DNA from: a virus
Lineage: Duplodnaviria > Heunggongvirae > Uroviricota > Caudoviricetes
Strand: one strand, 5' to 3'
DNA: 23,613 nucleotides
IMG/VR virus record: IMGVR_UViG_2617270938_000001
Every line of letters starts with the position of its first letter. Within the stretch, counting starts at the first letter, position 1. The notes under the pieces are model-generated. The model was not told the DNA's origin. It searched no databases and worked only from the letters and a program-made list of their open reading frames with translations. Below, piece by piece: positions 7,765 to 15,640 of this stretch. A program made the position numbers and the translations under genes.

Positions 7765-8835
7765 ATGGCTAACGCCTGGCTCAGATTATGGCATGACATG
7801 CCAAATGACCCTAAGTGGCGAACAATTGCCAGGGTGTCAGGACAGCCAATTGCAACAGTGATGGCAGTGTATATCCACCTCCTGGTGAGCGCGTCACGAA
7901 ATGTCACGCGAGGTCACATTGATGTCACGACAGAAGATTTGGCAAGTGCGCTCGACGTGACAGAAGAGGTAATTGATTCAATTTTGCAGACGATGCAGGG
8001 GCGGGTACTTGATGGTGATTTAATCACTGGATGGGAAAAACGCCAGGTGCTTAAAGAGGACAACGGCAATATTTCGCAAACCGCAAAATCTCCTGCAGAG
8101 CGCAAGAGGGCGCAGCGAGAGAGGGAAAGAAAGCGGGAACAAAATGGCGATTGTCACGGCGCGTCACGAAATGTCATGCACATGTCACGACGAGTCACGA
8201 CAGATAAAGATACAGATAAAGATACAGATCAAGAAGATCAAAACACTATGGTCCATGGCGTAAAAAACGCCACGAACCAGGCAGGGGATGTTCAGACCGT
8301 CACTCCTGGCCAGCCCGCAGGCACGACACCGGAAGCCGATTCAGCGTATGCGCTGAAAGCCGATTCGGGCGCTGTGCAGCAGGTGATGACCGCAAGGCAG
8401 GAGCAATCACACCAACTGCAGCAGCCTGAAGCCGATTCCGCCATTCAGCGGGAAGCCGATCGGGTAGTCCCGGAAAACACCGGGCAGTCTGTGGGACGAG
8501 TGGATTATCCGGATGTGTTCGAACAGGTCTGGCGGGAGTACCCGTTGCGTGCTGGGGCAAACCCGAAGAAATCCGCTTTCAGTGCCTGGAAGGCCAGATT
8601 ACGCGAGGGGGTGCCACCAGAGGCCATGCTGGATGGCGTGAGGCGTTACGCAAGATACCTGGCGGCTACCGGGAAAACGGGAACGGAATTTGTTCAGCGA
8701 GCGACGACTTTTTTTGGACCGGACCGGAATTTTGAGAACCCCTGGTTGCTCCCGGTAAGCGGCACGAACAACCAGCGTTGTGTGAATCATATTTCTGAAC
8801 CGGATACCGAAATTCCACCGGGCTTCAGGGGGTAA
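7765..8835 (+). CDS. phage replication initiator / replisome organiser (lambda O-like role) with internal iterons
   Basis: ATG 7765 with AAGAGG SD 5 nt upstream (the track ORF starts at GTG 7759). Position after the cro-like pair; contains two clusters of TGTCACG iterons (see repeat features), analogous to ori inside lambda O. Confidence 0.65.
   Translation: MANAWLRLWHDMPNDPKWRTIARVSGQPIATVMAVYIHLLVSASRNVTRGHIDVTTEDLASALDVTEEVIDSILQTMQGRVLDGDLITGWEKRQVLKEDNGNISQTAKSPAERKRAQRERERKREQNGDCHGASRNVMHMSRRVTTDKDTDKDTDQEDQNTMVHGVKNATNQAGDVQTVTPGQPAGTTPEADSAYALKADSGAVQQVMTARQEQSHQLQQPEADSAIQREADRVVPENTGQSVGRVDYPDVFEQVWREYPLRAGANPKKSAFSAWKARLREGVPPEAMLDGVRRYARYLAATGKTGTEFVQRATTFFGPDRNFENPWLLPVSGTNNQRCVNHISEPDTEIPPGFRG
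7889..7937. repeat. iteron cluster 1 (GTCACG-type repeats at about 10-bp spacing) inside the replication gene
   Basis: GCGCGTCACGAAATGTCACGCGAGGTCACATTGATGTCACGACAGAAG; a near-copy of cluster 2 about 270 bp downstream. Confidence 0.6.
8153..8230. repeat. iteron cluster 2 (five GTCACG/GTCATG repeats, 10-11 bp phasing) plus adjacent tandem ACAGATAAAGAT x2
   Basis: GTCACGGCGCGTCACGAAATGTCATGCACATGTCACGACGAGTCACGACAG followed by ATAAAGATACAGATAAAGATACAGATCAAG (encoding DKDTDKDTDQ). Confidence 0.6.
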
Positions 8836-8875
8836 GTGTGTATTTCTGGTCATGAGGTAATTTTCAGGAGGGCTT

Positions 8876-9298
8876 GTGGCAAAAGTTTTTACACAAGAAG
8901 AGCGGGAAAAAATTAAAGGGCAGGTTCTTGAACTCGTACGCCAGAGTGGGCGCGAGACGTTACGACAACTGGAAGCTAAAACTGGGGCAACAAGATATCT
9001 GATGAGCGTTCTGGCCAGAGAGCTGGTTGCCAGTGGCGATGTATACAACTCTGGTTACGGGTTATTCCCGTCTGAACAGGCGCGTAAGGACTGGCAAAAT
9101 GCCCGTAAAAAGCTCTCAAGGGCAAAGCTGAAGAAACCATCTGCGGTTGATCCGGACCTTATCTGGTCATTACCTGACGGAGAAATACGTCGCTACGACA
9201 GGCGTCAGAACATAATCTGTCGCGAGTGCCGGAAGAGCGAAGTTATGCAGCGCATATTGTCGTTTTATCAGGGTAATTTTCAGAAGGTGCTGTTGTGA
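8876..9298 (+). CDS. hypothetical basic protein (140 aa), occupies the slot where a helicase loader would be expected but is too short for one
   Basis: GTG start with AGGAGGG SD; Cys-X2-Cys (CRECRK) near the C-terminus. No recognisable motif. Confidence 0.5.
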   Translation: MAKVFTQEEREKIKGQVLELVRQSGRETLRQLEAKTGATRYLMSVLARELVASGDVYNSGYGLFPSEQARKDWQNARKKLSRAKLKKPSAVDPDLIWSLPDGEIRRYDRRQNIICRECRKSEVMQRILSFYQGNFQKVLL

Positions 9299-9403
9299 GC
9301 CAAATTAACAATCGGAACTTCGTGAAGAGAAAGCATAATCCAAATCTGAATAATTAAGTTCAGCACTGTAAATAAAATTTAATCCTTAACTGGAGGTATA
9401 TCT

Positions 9404-9616
9404 ATGTCAAATACACAGAAAATTATTAACACTGAAAAATATAACGAGTGGGTGAAAAAATTCTCTGAACAGATTTTTAAAATTACTGGCGACGAGAATG
9501 TGGCAAAAAATGAATTAGAACCGTGGACACCTGAAGGAAACGCACCAAATTATTGCTGGTGGGAAGTTGATCCGGTTGATGCTGCAAATGAAGCCATGAG
9601 TTACCACAACGATTAA
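9404..9616 (+). CDS. hypothetical protein (70 aa), AT-rich island
   Basis: GGAGG SD 7 nt upstream of the ATG; preceded by about 100 bp of AT-rich intergenic DNA. Confidence 0.55.
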   Translation: MSNTQKIINTEKYNEWVKKFSEQIFKITGDENVAKNELEPWTPEGNAPNYCWWEVDPVDAANEAMSYHND

Positions 9617-9648
9617 TGTCGGGAGGCCGCCCGAAAGGGCGGTAAGAA

Positions 9649-9867
9649 ATGACTACATTATTCAGAAAAGAATATCCGCAAAAAAGTAGAGCGACAGAAT
9701 TTTTGTTTCTCATTCTGTTTATCGTATTGATGATACCGATATCCCCTCTAATTTTTGTCTGGGCAATCGGGAAAATAATTGAGCCAGTTACTGAATTGTA
9801 TACCGACGTTGTATGGGCGTCGTTCAACACACTGCACAATAAAATTAATCCGTATAAGGAAAACTGA
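9649..9867 (+). CDS. small membrane protein (72 aa, one predicted TM helix)
   Basis: Hydrophobic stretch FLFLILFIVLMIPISPLIFVWAIG. The start is preceded by a CCGCCC-GAAA-GGGCGG hairpin. Confidence 0.5.
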   Translation: MTTLFRKEYPQKSRATEFLFLILFIVLMIPISPLIFVWAIGKIIEPVTELYTDVVWASFNTLHNKINPYKEN

Positions 9868-9868
9868 T

Positions 9869-10132
9869 ATGGCAACTTTGACAAAAAAAGAACGGGCATG
9901 GTTGAACGAATTACAGGAAGTTCTTGATCGCTGTCCATCACCGAAAAAAATTGGCTTTTACACCATTGGCGATAAAAGCATTTACCTGTATGACCTACGC
10001 CGCATGGATGAAATCATGGAGGCTCTTGATAATCGTTCGTCGATGGATTGGTGTGTTGCTGTTCATGATATGAATGCAGGGTTTGATGAAAAGATTTTGT
10101 TCCCCTCATCAGTTGAAAGCACTGCGGGTTAA
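9869..10132 (+). CDS. hypothetical protein (88 aa)
   Basis: ATG 9869 with AAGGA SD, 1 nt after the stop of the preceding gene (MATLTKKERAWLNELQEVLDRC...). The track ORF 9779..10132 is the same frame with upstream run-in. Confidence 0.5.
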   Translation: MATLTKKERAWLNELQEVLDRCPSPKKIGFYTIGDKSIYLYDLRRMDEIMEALDNRSSMDWCVAVHDMNAGFDEKILFPSSVESTAG

Positions 10133-10142
10133 GGAGTAACAC

Positions 10143-10310
10143 ATGACCACTATTACCAAAGAACGTATTGAATTGTTCATTAAAAACCCGCTTGAAAACG
10201 GGCTTACCCGTGGTGAACAAATGGAACTGGCACGGATTGCGCTGGCATCGCTGGAAGCAGAGCCGGTTGTGTTCTGGTTTGAAAAATATCAAGAAGGGGC
10301 TACGGCATGA
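10143..10310 (+). CDS. small protein (55 aa), short paralog of the next gene; not in the ORF track
   Basis: Hand-translated [55 protein letters not shown]; strong SD AAGGAG 6 nt upstream; its stop overlaps the next start (ATGA). Confidence 0.5.
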   Translation: MTTITKERIELFIKNPLENGLTRGEQMELARIALASLEAEPVVFWFEKYQEGATA

Positions 10311-10651
10311 CGACTTTTACCAGAGAGCAGTTAATAGCTCACGCAGAGGAGACTATTGAAGCACAGAGACTGTGCATACCGGGCACAATCGACCATGACA
10401 TCATCCGCACATATAAGATGGATATTGCTGTTCTGGAAATCGCACTGGTATCGCTGGCAGCAGAGCCAGCCGGTAAATTGCATGAATACAAACCAGTGGG
10501 ATATCAGCGTCTGGTCGATGAGTTAACCATGCTGGTAAAGCAGTTAACCTGGCAACTGAGGAAAGCGAAGCCAGACTGCAAATTACCGGATAAGGCGATG
10601 AGTTATCTGGAGCGGAACGGACTGATAAGCGTGGAGGATATTTTACGATGA
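10307..10651 (+). CDS. hypothetical protein (114 aa), paralogous at the N-terminus and the ALxSLxAEP motif to the 55-aa gene
   Basis: [10 protein letters not shown]... with [10 protein letters not shown] versus [10 protein letters not shown] in the upstream gene; translationally coupled. Confidence 0.55.
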   Translation: MTTFTREQLIAHAEETIEAQRLCIPGTIDHDIIRTYKMDIAVLEIALVSLAAEPAGKLHEYKPVGYQRLVDELTMLVKQLTWQLRKAKPDCKLPDKAMSYLERNGLISVEDILR

Positions 10652-10731
10652 CCTGGCCTGAAGCATTAACAACGGTAGGAATTGCGATGGCGGTGGCGCT
10701 GGTGGTGTATTCGATTTGCCGCTGGGGATAA
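10648..10731 (+). CDS. possible 27-aa hydrophobic micropeptide ([27 protein letters not shown])
   Basis: ATGA overlap with the upstream stop and GGAGG about 10 nt upstream; a single TM-like segment. Very short, so speculative. Confidence 0.25.
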   Translation: MTWPEALTTVGIAMAVALVVYSICRWG

Positions 10732-10942
10732 AAACGGTTTGCGGGAAAAGGAGAGTTAAGTAGAATTGCAGCGGGTGCTTGAGGCTATCTGTCTCAGGCA
10801 TGAACACCAAAAGGCAGATAGAGAAAAGCCCCAGTTAACATTACGCGTCCGGCAAGACGCTTAACATTAATCTGAGGCCATATCTATGCTCTACACACGT
10901 AGGTTAGCCTCTTACGTGCCGAAAGGCAAGGAGAAGCAGGCT

Positions 10943-11098
10943 ATGAAGCAGCAAAAGGCGATGCTAATCGCCCTGATCGTCATCTGTTTAACCGTCATTG
11001 TGACGGCACTGGTAACGAGGAAAGACCTCTGCGAGGTACGAATCCGAACCGGCCAGACGGAGGTCGCTGTCTTCACAGCTTACGAACCTGAGGAGTAA
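10943..11098 (+). CDS. hokD: Hok/Gef-family type I toxin (51 aa; matches my recollection of E. coli HokD/RelF)
   Basis: MKQQKAMLIALIVICLTVIVTALVTRKDLCEVRIRTGQTEVAVFTAYEPEE. AGGAGA SD 8 nt upstream. An in-frame upstream extension from ATG 10886 gives a 70-aa mok-like ORF. Confidence 0.9.
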   Translation: MKQQKAMLIALIVICLTVIVTALVTRKDLCEVRIRTGQTEVAVFTAYEPEE

Positions 11099-11165
11099 GA
11101 GACCAGGCGGGGGAGAATCCCTCGCCACCTCTGATGTGTCAGGCATCCTCAACGCACCCGCACTT

Positions 11166-11192
11166 AACCCGCTTCGGCGGGTTTTGTTTTTT
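11166..11192 (+). terminator. rho-independent terminator after hok
   Basis: AACCCGC-TTCG-GCGGGTT stem-loop followed by TTTTGTTTTTT. Confidence 0.7.
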
Positions 11193-11264
11193 CCTAGCAT
11201 TCTGGTTTACAATTCGCACACCAGCCTGAACAACTGGCACCTGCTGCGCCAGCAGAGACAACCG

Positions 11265-11543
11265 ATGGCGCACGATACCAAATTACACAATTCTGATGAT
11301 TCTGCCGTCTTTGCCAGCAGGCACGGGCGGCGTTCCCGCACTTTCAAATCTGACTGGTTCCAGCATCCCCCATGCACTGAAGAACAGGCCGAGTGGCTAA
11401 TTCAGTGCTACCGCAGACACGGATACGAGATTAAGAAAGCCCTCAGCCTCGATTATCGTCACTGGATAATCTCCGTCAGGCTTCCTTACTCCGAACGTCC
11501 ACCGCGTCCGTCCCGCACATTCCAGCAACGCATCTGGAGGTAA
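11265..11543 (+). CDS. hypothetical protein (92 aa), in the position of Rem in Qin
   Basis: ORF 11136..11543 overlaps the hok terminator, so a later start (ATG 11265, MAHDTKLHN...) is more plausible; weak SD. Ends 1 nt before the DUF968 gene start. Confidence 0.35.
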   Translation: MAHDTKLHNSDDSAVFASRHGRRSRTFKSDWFQHPPCTEEQAEWLIQCYRRHGYEIKKALSLDYRHWIISVRLPYSERPPRPSRTFQQRIWR

Positions 11544-11544
11544 C

Positions 11545-12591
11545 GTGCGGGTATTACTTCGACCTGTTCTGGTACCGGAACTCGGGCTGGTGATCGTTAA
11601 GCCGGGCCGTGAATCCATGCCGGTATTCCACAATACCCGGGTACTGGTGGAGCCGGAACCGAAAAGCATGCGTAATCTGCCGTCCGGGGTCGTTCCTGCC
11701 GTTCGCCAGCCGCTGGTGGAAGACAAAACATTGCTGCCGTTTTTCAGTAACGCACGGGTAATTCGTGCTGCTGGTGGTGCTGGTGCATTGTCTGACTGGC
11801 TGTTGCGCAATATTAAATCCTGCCAGTGGCCACACGGCGATTATCATCACAGCGAAACCGTTATTCACCGTTATGGTACCGGCGCAATGGTGTTGTGCTG
11901 GCACTGCGACAACCAGCTGCGTGACCAGACATCCGAATCACTCGAGCAACTTGCTCATCAAAACCTGTCAGCATGGATGATTGACGTCATCGGTCACGCA
12001 ATAAGCGGTACGCAGGAGCGTGAATTATCTCTGGCTGAATTATCCTGGTGGGCGGTCCGCAATCAGGTGGCGGACGCGCTACCGGAAGCGGTATTACGTC
12101 GTTCGCTGGGGTTGCGTGCGGAAAAAATCCGCTCAATGTACCGTGAAAGCGACATCGTACCGGGAGAGCAGACCGCCACCAGCATACTGAAGCAGCGCAC
12201 AAAAAATCTTGCGCCGCTGCCTCACGCCCACCAGCAAACCCCGCCACAGGAAGAGACGGTGGTCAGCATTGCCGTTGATCCTGAGTCTCCGGAATCTTTC
12301 ATGAAACGACCTAAACGTCGCCGCTGGGTTAACGAGAAATACACACGCTGGGTGAAGACACAGCCGTGTGCGTGTTGTGGTAAGCCAGCCGACGATCCCC
12401 ATCACCTGATTGGTCATGGTCAGGGCGGAATGGGGACAAAATCTCACGATATTTTCACGCTACCGCTGTGTCGGGAGCATCACAACGAGCTTCATGCGGA
12501 TCCTCTGGCGTTCGAAGAAAAGCATGGTTCTCAGGTTGATTTAATTTTTCGTTTTCTTGATCACGCCTTTGCAACTGGCGTGCTTGGGTAA
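11545..12591 (+). CDS. DUF968-family protein (YdfU-like) with C-terminal Cys/His zinc-binding, HNH-like motif
   Basis: 348 aa, GTG start with GGAGG SD. C-terminus: CACCGKPADDPHHLIGHGQGGMGTKSHDIFTLPLCREHHNELH. Position between hok and Q matches ydfU in Qin. Confidence 0.65.
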   Translation: MRVLLRPVLVPELGLVIVKPGRESMPVFHNTRVLVEPEPKSMRNLPSGVVPAVRQPLVEDKTLLPFFSNARVIRAAGGAGALSDWLLRNIKSCQWPHGDYHHSETVIHRYGTGAMVLCWHCDNQLRDQTSESLEQLAHQNLSAWMIDVIGHAISGTQERELSLAELSWWAVRNQVADALPEAVLRRSLGLRAEKIRSMYRESDIVPGEQTATSILKQRTKNLAPLPHAHQQTPPQEETVVSIAVDPESPESFMKRPKRRRWVNEKYTRWVKTQPCACCGKPADDPHHLIGHGQGGMGTKSHDIFTLPLCREHHNELHADPLAFEEKHGSQVDLIFRFLDHAFATGVLG

Positions 12592-12603
12592 AAGAGGTGA
12601 CTG

Positions 12604-12978
12604 ATGCTCATAGATTTGGTTTTACCTTACCCGCCGACGGTGAACACTTACTGGCGACGCCGTGGCAGCACATATTTTGTATCAAAAGCCGGGGAGCGTT
12701 ATCGCCGGGCAGTGGCGCTTATTGTTCGCCAGCAGCGGCTGAAATTAAGCCTGTCCGGAAGGCTGGCGATAAAGGTGATTGCAGAGCCACCGGATAAGCG
12801 TCGTCGCGACCTGGACAATATCCTGAAAGCACCGCTGGATGCGCTGACGCATGCGGGAGTGTTAATGGACGATGAGCAGTTTGATGAAATCAATATCGTT
12901 CGTGGTCAGCCAGTATCTGGTGGACGTCTGGGGGTGAAGATTTACCCCATAATGCATGAAGAGCAGGTCAAAAAATGA
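12604..12978 (+). CDS. rusA: Holliday junction resolvase RusA
   Basis: 124 aa with PPTVNTYWRRRG and RRRDLDNILKAPLDAL, matching the RusA motifs I recall (PPSNNRYYR... / RRRDLDNLQKA...). AGAGG SD. Confidence 0.85.
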   Translation: MLIDLVLPYPPTVNTYWRRRGSTYFVSKAGERYRRAVALIVRQQRLKLSLSGRLAIKVIAEPPDKRRRDLDNILKAPLDALTHAGVLMDDEQFDEINIVRGQPVSGGRLGVKIYPIMHEEQVKK

Positions 12979-13796
12979 AACTGGAAGATTTACCGAAATA
13001 CTACTCCCCAAAATCCCCCGGCCTGACTGATGCATCGGCCTCAACGTCGAAAGATGCGCTGAGTATCACTGATGTGATGGCCGCGCAGGGCATGACACAG
13101 AATCGGGCTGAGATGGGGTTTTCTGCGTTCCTTGGGAAAATGGGCATCAGTATGAATGACAGGGCGCGGGCAACAGAATTACTGGCAGATTATGCACTCA
13201 GTCGGTGCGATCGTGTGGCGGCGTTGAGAAAACTTCCGGCAGAAATAAAACCGGTAGTGATGCGCATTATGGCTTCGTACGCTTTTGAGGATTATGCCCG
13301 CAGCGCAGCGAGTAAAAAGCAGTGCCCTTGTTGCTATGGGGAAAAATTTATTGAAAGCATAGTTTTTACAAACAAGGTCCAGTATCCGGATGGTAAGCCG
13401 CCGGTATGGGCAAAGTGTACGAAAGGTGTGTATCCGTCTTACTGGGAAGAATGGAAAAAAGTCAGGGAGGTGGTAAAAGTTGCCTGTCCGGAGTGTGGCG
13501 GAAAGGGTGAGGTTTCCACCGCCTGTAAGGATTGCCGTGGGCGTGGTGTCGCCATTCATCGTGAAGAGTCGGTAAAACGTGGTATGCCTGTTATCAGAGA
13601 CTGCCAGCGTTGTGATGGTCGTGGCTGTGAAAGACTACCATCAACGGAGGCATTTAATGCCATACGCAAAGTGACGAGTGCTATCACGCTTGATACGTGG
13701 AAAAAATCAGTGAAACGCTTTTACGATACGTTGGTGGTTCGGTTTGACATTGAAGAGGCATGGGCGGAGCGGCAGTTAAAGAGGGTAACGCGATAG
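12975..13796 (+). CDS. late-gene antitermination protein Q (82/21/933W type)
   Basis: 273 aa with a Cys-rich zinc motif (CPECGGKGEVSTACKDCRGRG ... CQRCDGRG). Overlaps the rusA stop (ATGA); followed immediately by a promoter/terminator pair. Confidence 0.8.
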   Translation: MKLEDLPKYYSPKSPGLTDASASTSKDALSITDVMAAQGMTQNRAEMGFSAFLGKMGISMNDRARATELLADYALSRCDRVAALRKLPAEIKPVVMRIMASYAFEDYARSAASKKQCPCCYGEKFIESIVFTNKVQYPDGKPPVWAKCTKGVYPSYWEEWKKVREVVKVACPECGGKGEVSTACKDCRGRGVAIHREESVKRGMPVIRDCQRCDGRGCERLPSTEAFNAIRKVTSAITLDTWKKSVKRFYDTLVVRFDIEEAWAERQLKRVTR

Positions 13797-13900
13797 TGTT
13801 GTTGATTTTTCCCGAATCTGTGGTAAATTTGCTCTAACGATGGGCGTTTTATGCCTGACGTTAGAGGATTTTTACACCCCGCCGCCTGGCGGGTTTTTTA
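13797..13900 (+). promoter_or_regulatory. pR'-like late promoter with downstream tR'-like intrinsic terminator (CCCCGCC-GCCT-GGCGGG + TTTTTT at 13877-13899)
   Basis: TTGATT ... TGTGGTAAAT promoter-like elements directly after Q, then a GC hairpin with T-run about 50 bp downstream, the layout of the lambdoid short pR' transcript. Confidence 0.55.
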
Positions 13901-14021
13901 TGACTGAAATCGCGTCAGTACAGTAAACGCGCTGGTGGCGGTGAATACCTGTCTTTCAGCTTGCTGGCTTTTTCGACAAGAGTTATTGGTGTGTCACGTT
14001 AACCGGAAAAGGGAAAAAGAC

Positions 14022-14219
14022 ATGCTAAAACAGCAGGATATGACAGAAACCGCCAGAGTGGTGTTTAATGAATTAAGCGTTACCGACCCGGCGACAGTCG
14101 GGGAGATTGCGCAGAATACTTACCTTTCACGCGAACGCTGCCAGTTAATACTGACCCAGCTGGTTATGGCGGGTCTGGCAGACTATCAGTTCGGTTGTTA
14201 CAGACGCCTTCCGCAGTGA
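14022..14219 (+). CDS. small HTH/winged-helix-like DNA-binding protein (65 aa) upstream of the methyltransferase
   Basis: ATG 14022 with AAGGGA SD (MLKQQDMTETARVVFNELSVTDPATVGEIAQNTYLSRERCQLIL...). Terminator GCCTTC-loop-GAAGGC + T7 overlaps the stop (14206-14230). Confidence 0.5.
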   Translation: MLKQQDMTETARVVFNELSVTDPATVGEIAQNTYLSRERCQLILTQLVMAGLADYQFGCYRRLPQ

Positions 14220-14370
14220 AGGCTTTTTTTATTTGTGGTAAATGGGCGGCTGGTGGGTGTTAGGGGCACTCACCAGCCATCTGCTCATGCGTTGGGTTCA
14301 CAAGCAAACCTCAGGCCCACTGCTTTGCGCAAAAGCAGAATGAGCCTATCAGAGACAGGCTTAATGATCC

Positions 14371-15420
14371 ATGCTTAATACTGTAAAAATATCCAGTTGT
14401 GAGTTAATCAACGCCGACTGCCTGGAATTTATCCGGTCGTTACCCGAAAATTCTGTTGACCTGATAGTCACGGACCCGCCGTACTTTAAAGTGAAGCCTG
14501 AGGGCTGGGATAACCAGTGGAAGGGCGACGATGATTACCTGAAGTGGCTGGACCAGTGTCTGGCGCAGTTCTGGCGGGGGCTGAAACCTGCCGGAAGTCT
14601 TTACCTGTTCTGTGGTCATCGCCTGGCATCTGATATCGAAATCATGATGCGTGAACGCTTCAGTGTGCTGAACCATATTATCTGGGCGAAGCCGTCCGGA
14701 CGCTGGAACGGATGCAACAAGGAAAGCCTGCGGGCGTATTTCCCCGCCACAGAGCGCATTCTGTTCGCGGAACATTATCAGGGGCCGTATCGTCCGAAAG
14801 ATGCCGGGTATGCGGCGAAGGGCAGTGCACTGAAACAGCATGTGATGGCCCCGCTGATTTCTTACTTTCGTGATGCGCGCGCGGCCCTGGGGATAACGGC
14901 AAAACAGATTGCAGATGCCACAGGAAAGAAAAACATGGTGTCGCACTGGTTCAGTGCCAGTCAGTGGCAGCTACCGAACGAAAGCGATTATCTGAAATTA
15001 CAGTCGCTGTTTGCCCGGGTGGCAGAAGAGAAACATCAGCGGGGAGAACTGGAAAAGTCCCATTACCAACTGGTCAGCACATACAGTGAGCTGAACCGGC
15101 AGTATACGGAACTGCTGAGTGAATATAAAAATTTGCGGAGGTATTTCGGTGTGACGGTGCAGGTGCCGTACACCGATGTGTGGACGTATAAACCGGTGCA
15201 GTACTATCCAGGGAAACATCCGTGCGAAAAACCGGCAGAAATGCTGCAGCAGATAATCAGCGCAAGTAGTCGTCCTGGTGATCTGGTTGCGGATTTTTTC
15301 ATGGGGTCGGGTTCAACGGTAAAAGCGGCGATGGCACTGGGGCGTCGTGCGATTGGTGTTGAGCTGGAGACCGGACGTTTTGAGCAGACAGTCAGGGAAG
15401 TTCAGGATTTAATCGTTTGA
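14371..15420 (+). CDS. orphan DNA methyltransferase, beta-class amino-methyltransferase (N6-adenine or N4-cytosine)
   Basis: 349 aa. Motif IV DPPY near the N-terminus (LIVTDPPYF) and AdoMet motif I near the C-terminus (DFFMGSGST), the permuted order of beta-class MTases. No adjacent restriction endonuclease candidate. Confidence 0.85.
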   Translation: MLNTVKISSCELINADCLEFIRSLPENSVDLIVTDPPYFKVKPEGWDNQWKGDDDYLKWLDQCLAQFWRGLKPAGSLYLFCGHRLASDIEIMMRERFSVLNHIIWAKPSGRWNGCNKESLRAYFPATERILFAEHYQGPYRPKDAGYAAKGSALKQHVMAPLISYFRDARAALGITAKQIADATGKKNMVSHWFSASQWQLPNESDYLKLQSLFARVAEEKHQRGELEKSHYQLVSTYSELNRQYTELLSEYKNLRRYFGVTVQVPYTDVWTYKPVQYYPGKHPCEKPAEMLQQIISASSRPGDLVADFFMGSGSTVKAAMALGRRAIGVELETGRFEQTVREVQDLIV

Positions 15421-15469
15421 AACGGATGAGATTGCAGAATTAATTACGCACCATTATTATTCTGCTCCC

Positions 15470-15540
15470 GGCCCTTTAGCTCAGTGGTGAGAGCGAGCTA
15501 AAGGGCCGGGTCGCTGGTTCAAATCCAGCAAGGGCCACCA
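15470..15540 (+). tRNA. tRNA-Ile-like element with aberrant anticodon arm (probable tRNA pseudogene)
   Basis: Acceptor GGCCCTT/AAGGGCC, D-arm GCTC-AGTGGTGA-GAGC, T-arm GCTGG-TTCAAAT-CCAGC and 3' ACCA are intact. The anticodon-arm region is 12 nt (AGCTAAAGGGCC) instead of 17 and is perfectly complementary to the element's own 5' end. Confidence 0.5.
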
Positions 15541-15549
15541 TATCACATA

Positions 15550-15626
15550 CCACCATTAGCTCATCGGGATAGAGCGCCAGCCTTCGAAGCTGGTTGCGCG
15601 GGGTTCGAGTTCTCGATGGCGGTCCA
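15550..15626 (+). tRNA. tRNA-Arg (anticodon TCG)-like; candidate tRNA with imperfect stems
   Basis: D-arm GCTC-ATCGGGATA-GAGC; anticodon arm CCAGC-CTTCGAA-GCTGG; T-loop TTCGAGT; 3' CCA. One A-C mismatch in the acceptor stem and two G-T pairs in the T-stem. Confidence 0.45.
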
Positions 15627-15640
15627 TTTATCGGTATTCT

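Noticed and set aside
8153-8230. Possible CRISPR array (regularly spaced short repeats)
   Set aside because: Repeats are about 7 bp with 10-11 bp phasing inside a protein-coding gene, with no spacers of CRISPR length and no cas genes. They are iterons, not CRISPR.
8599-9048. 149-aa minus-strand ORF
   Set aside because: Antisense to the replication gene 3' end and the 140-aa gene, both in a consistent rightward operon with SDs; no SD of its own.
11136-11264. 5' part of the 135-aa ORF downstream of hok
   Set aside because: This stretch overlaps the hok intrinsic terminator hairpin and T-run, so translation initiating at 11136 is unlikely; a later start was used with low confidence.
13935-14021. 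N-terminal extension of the small HTH ORF (track start 13935)
   Set aside because: No SD at 13935 and the region holds the tR'-like terminator trailer; the ATG at 14022 has an SD and gives a compact HTH-sized protein.
14440-14946. 168-aa minus-strand ORF
   Set aside because: Antisense inside the methyltransferase gene, whose motifs clearly define the coding strand.
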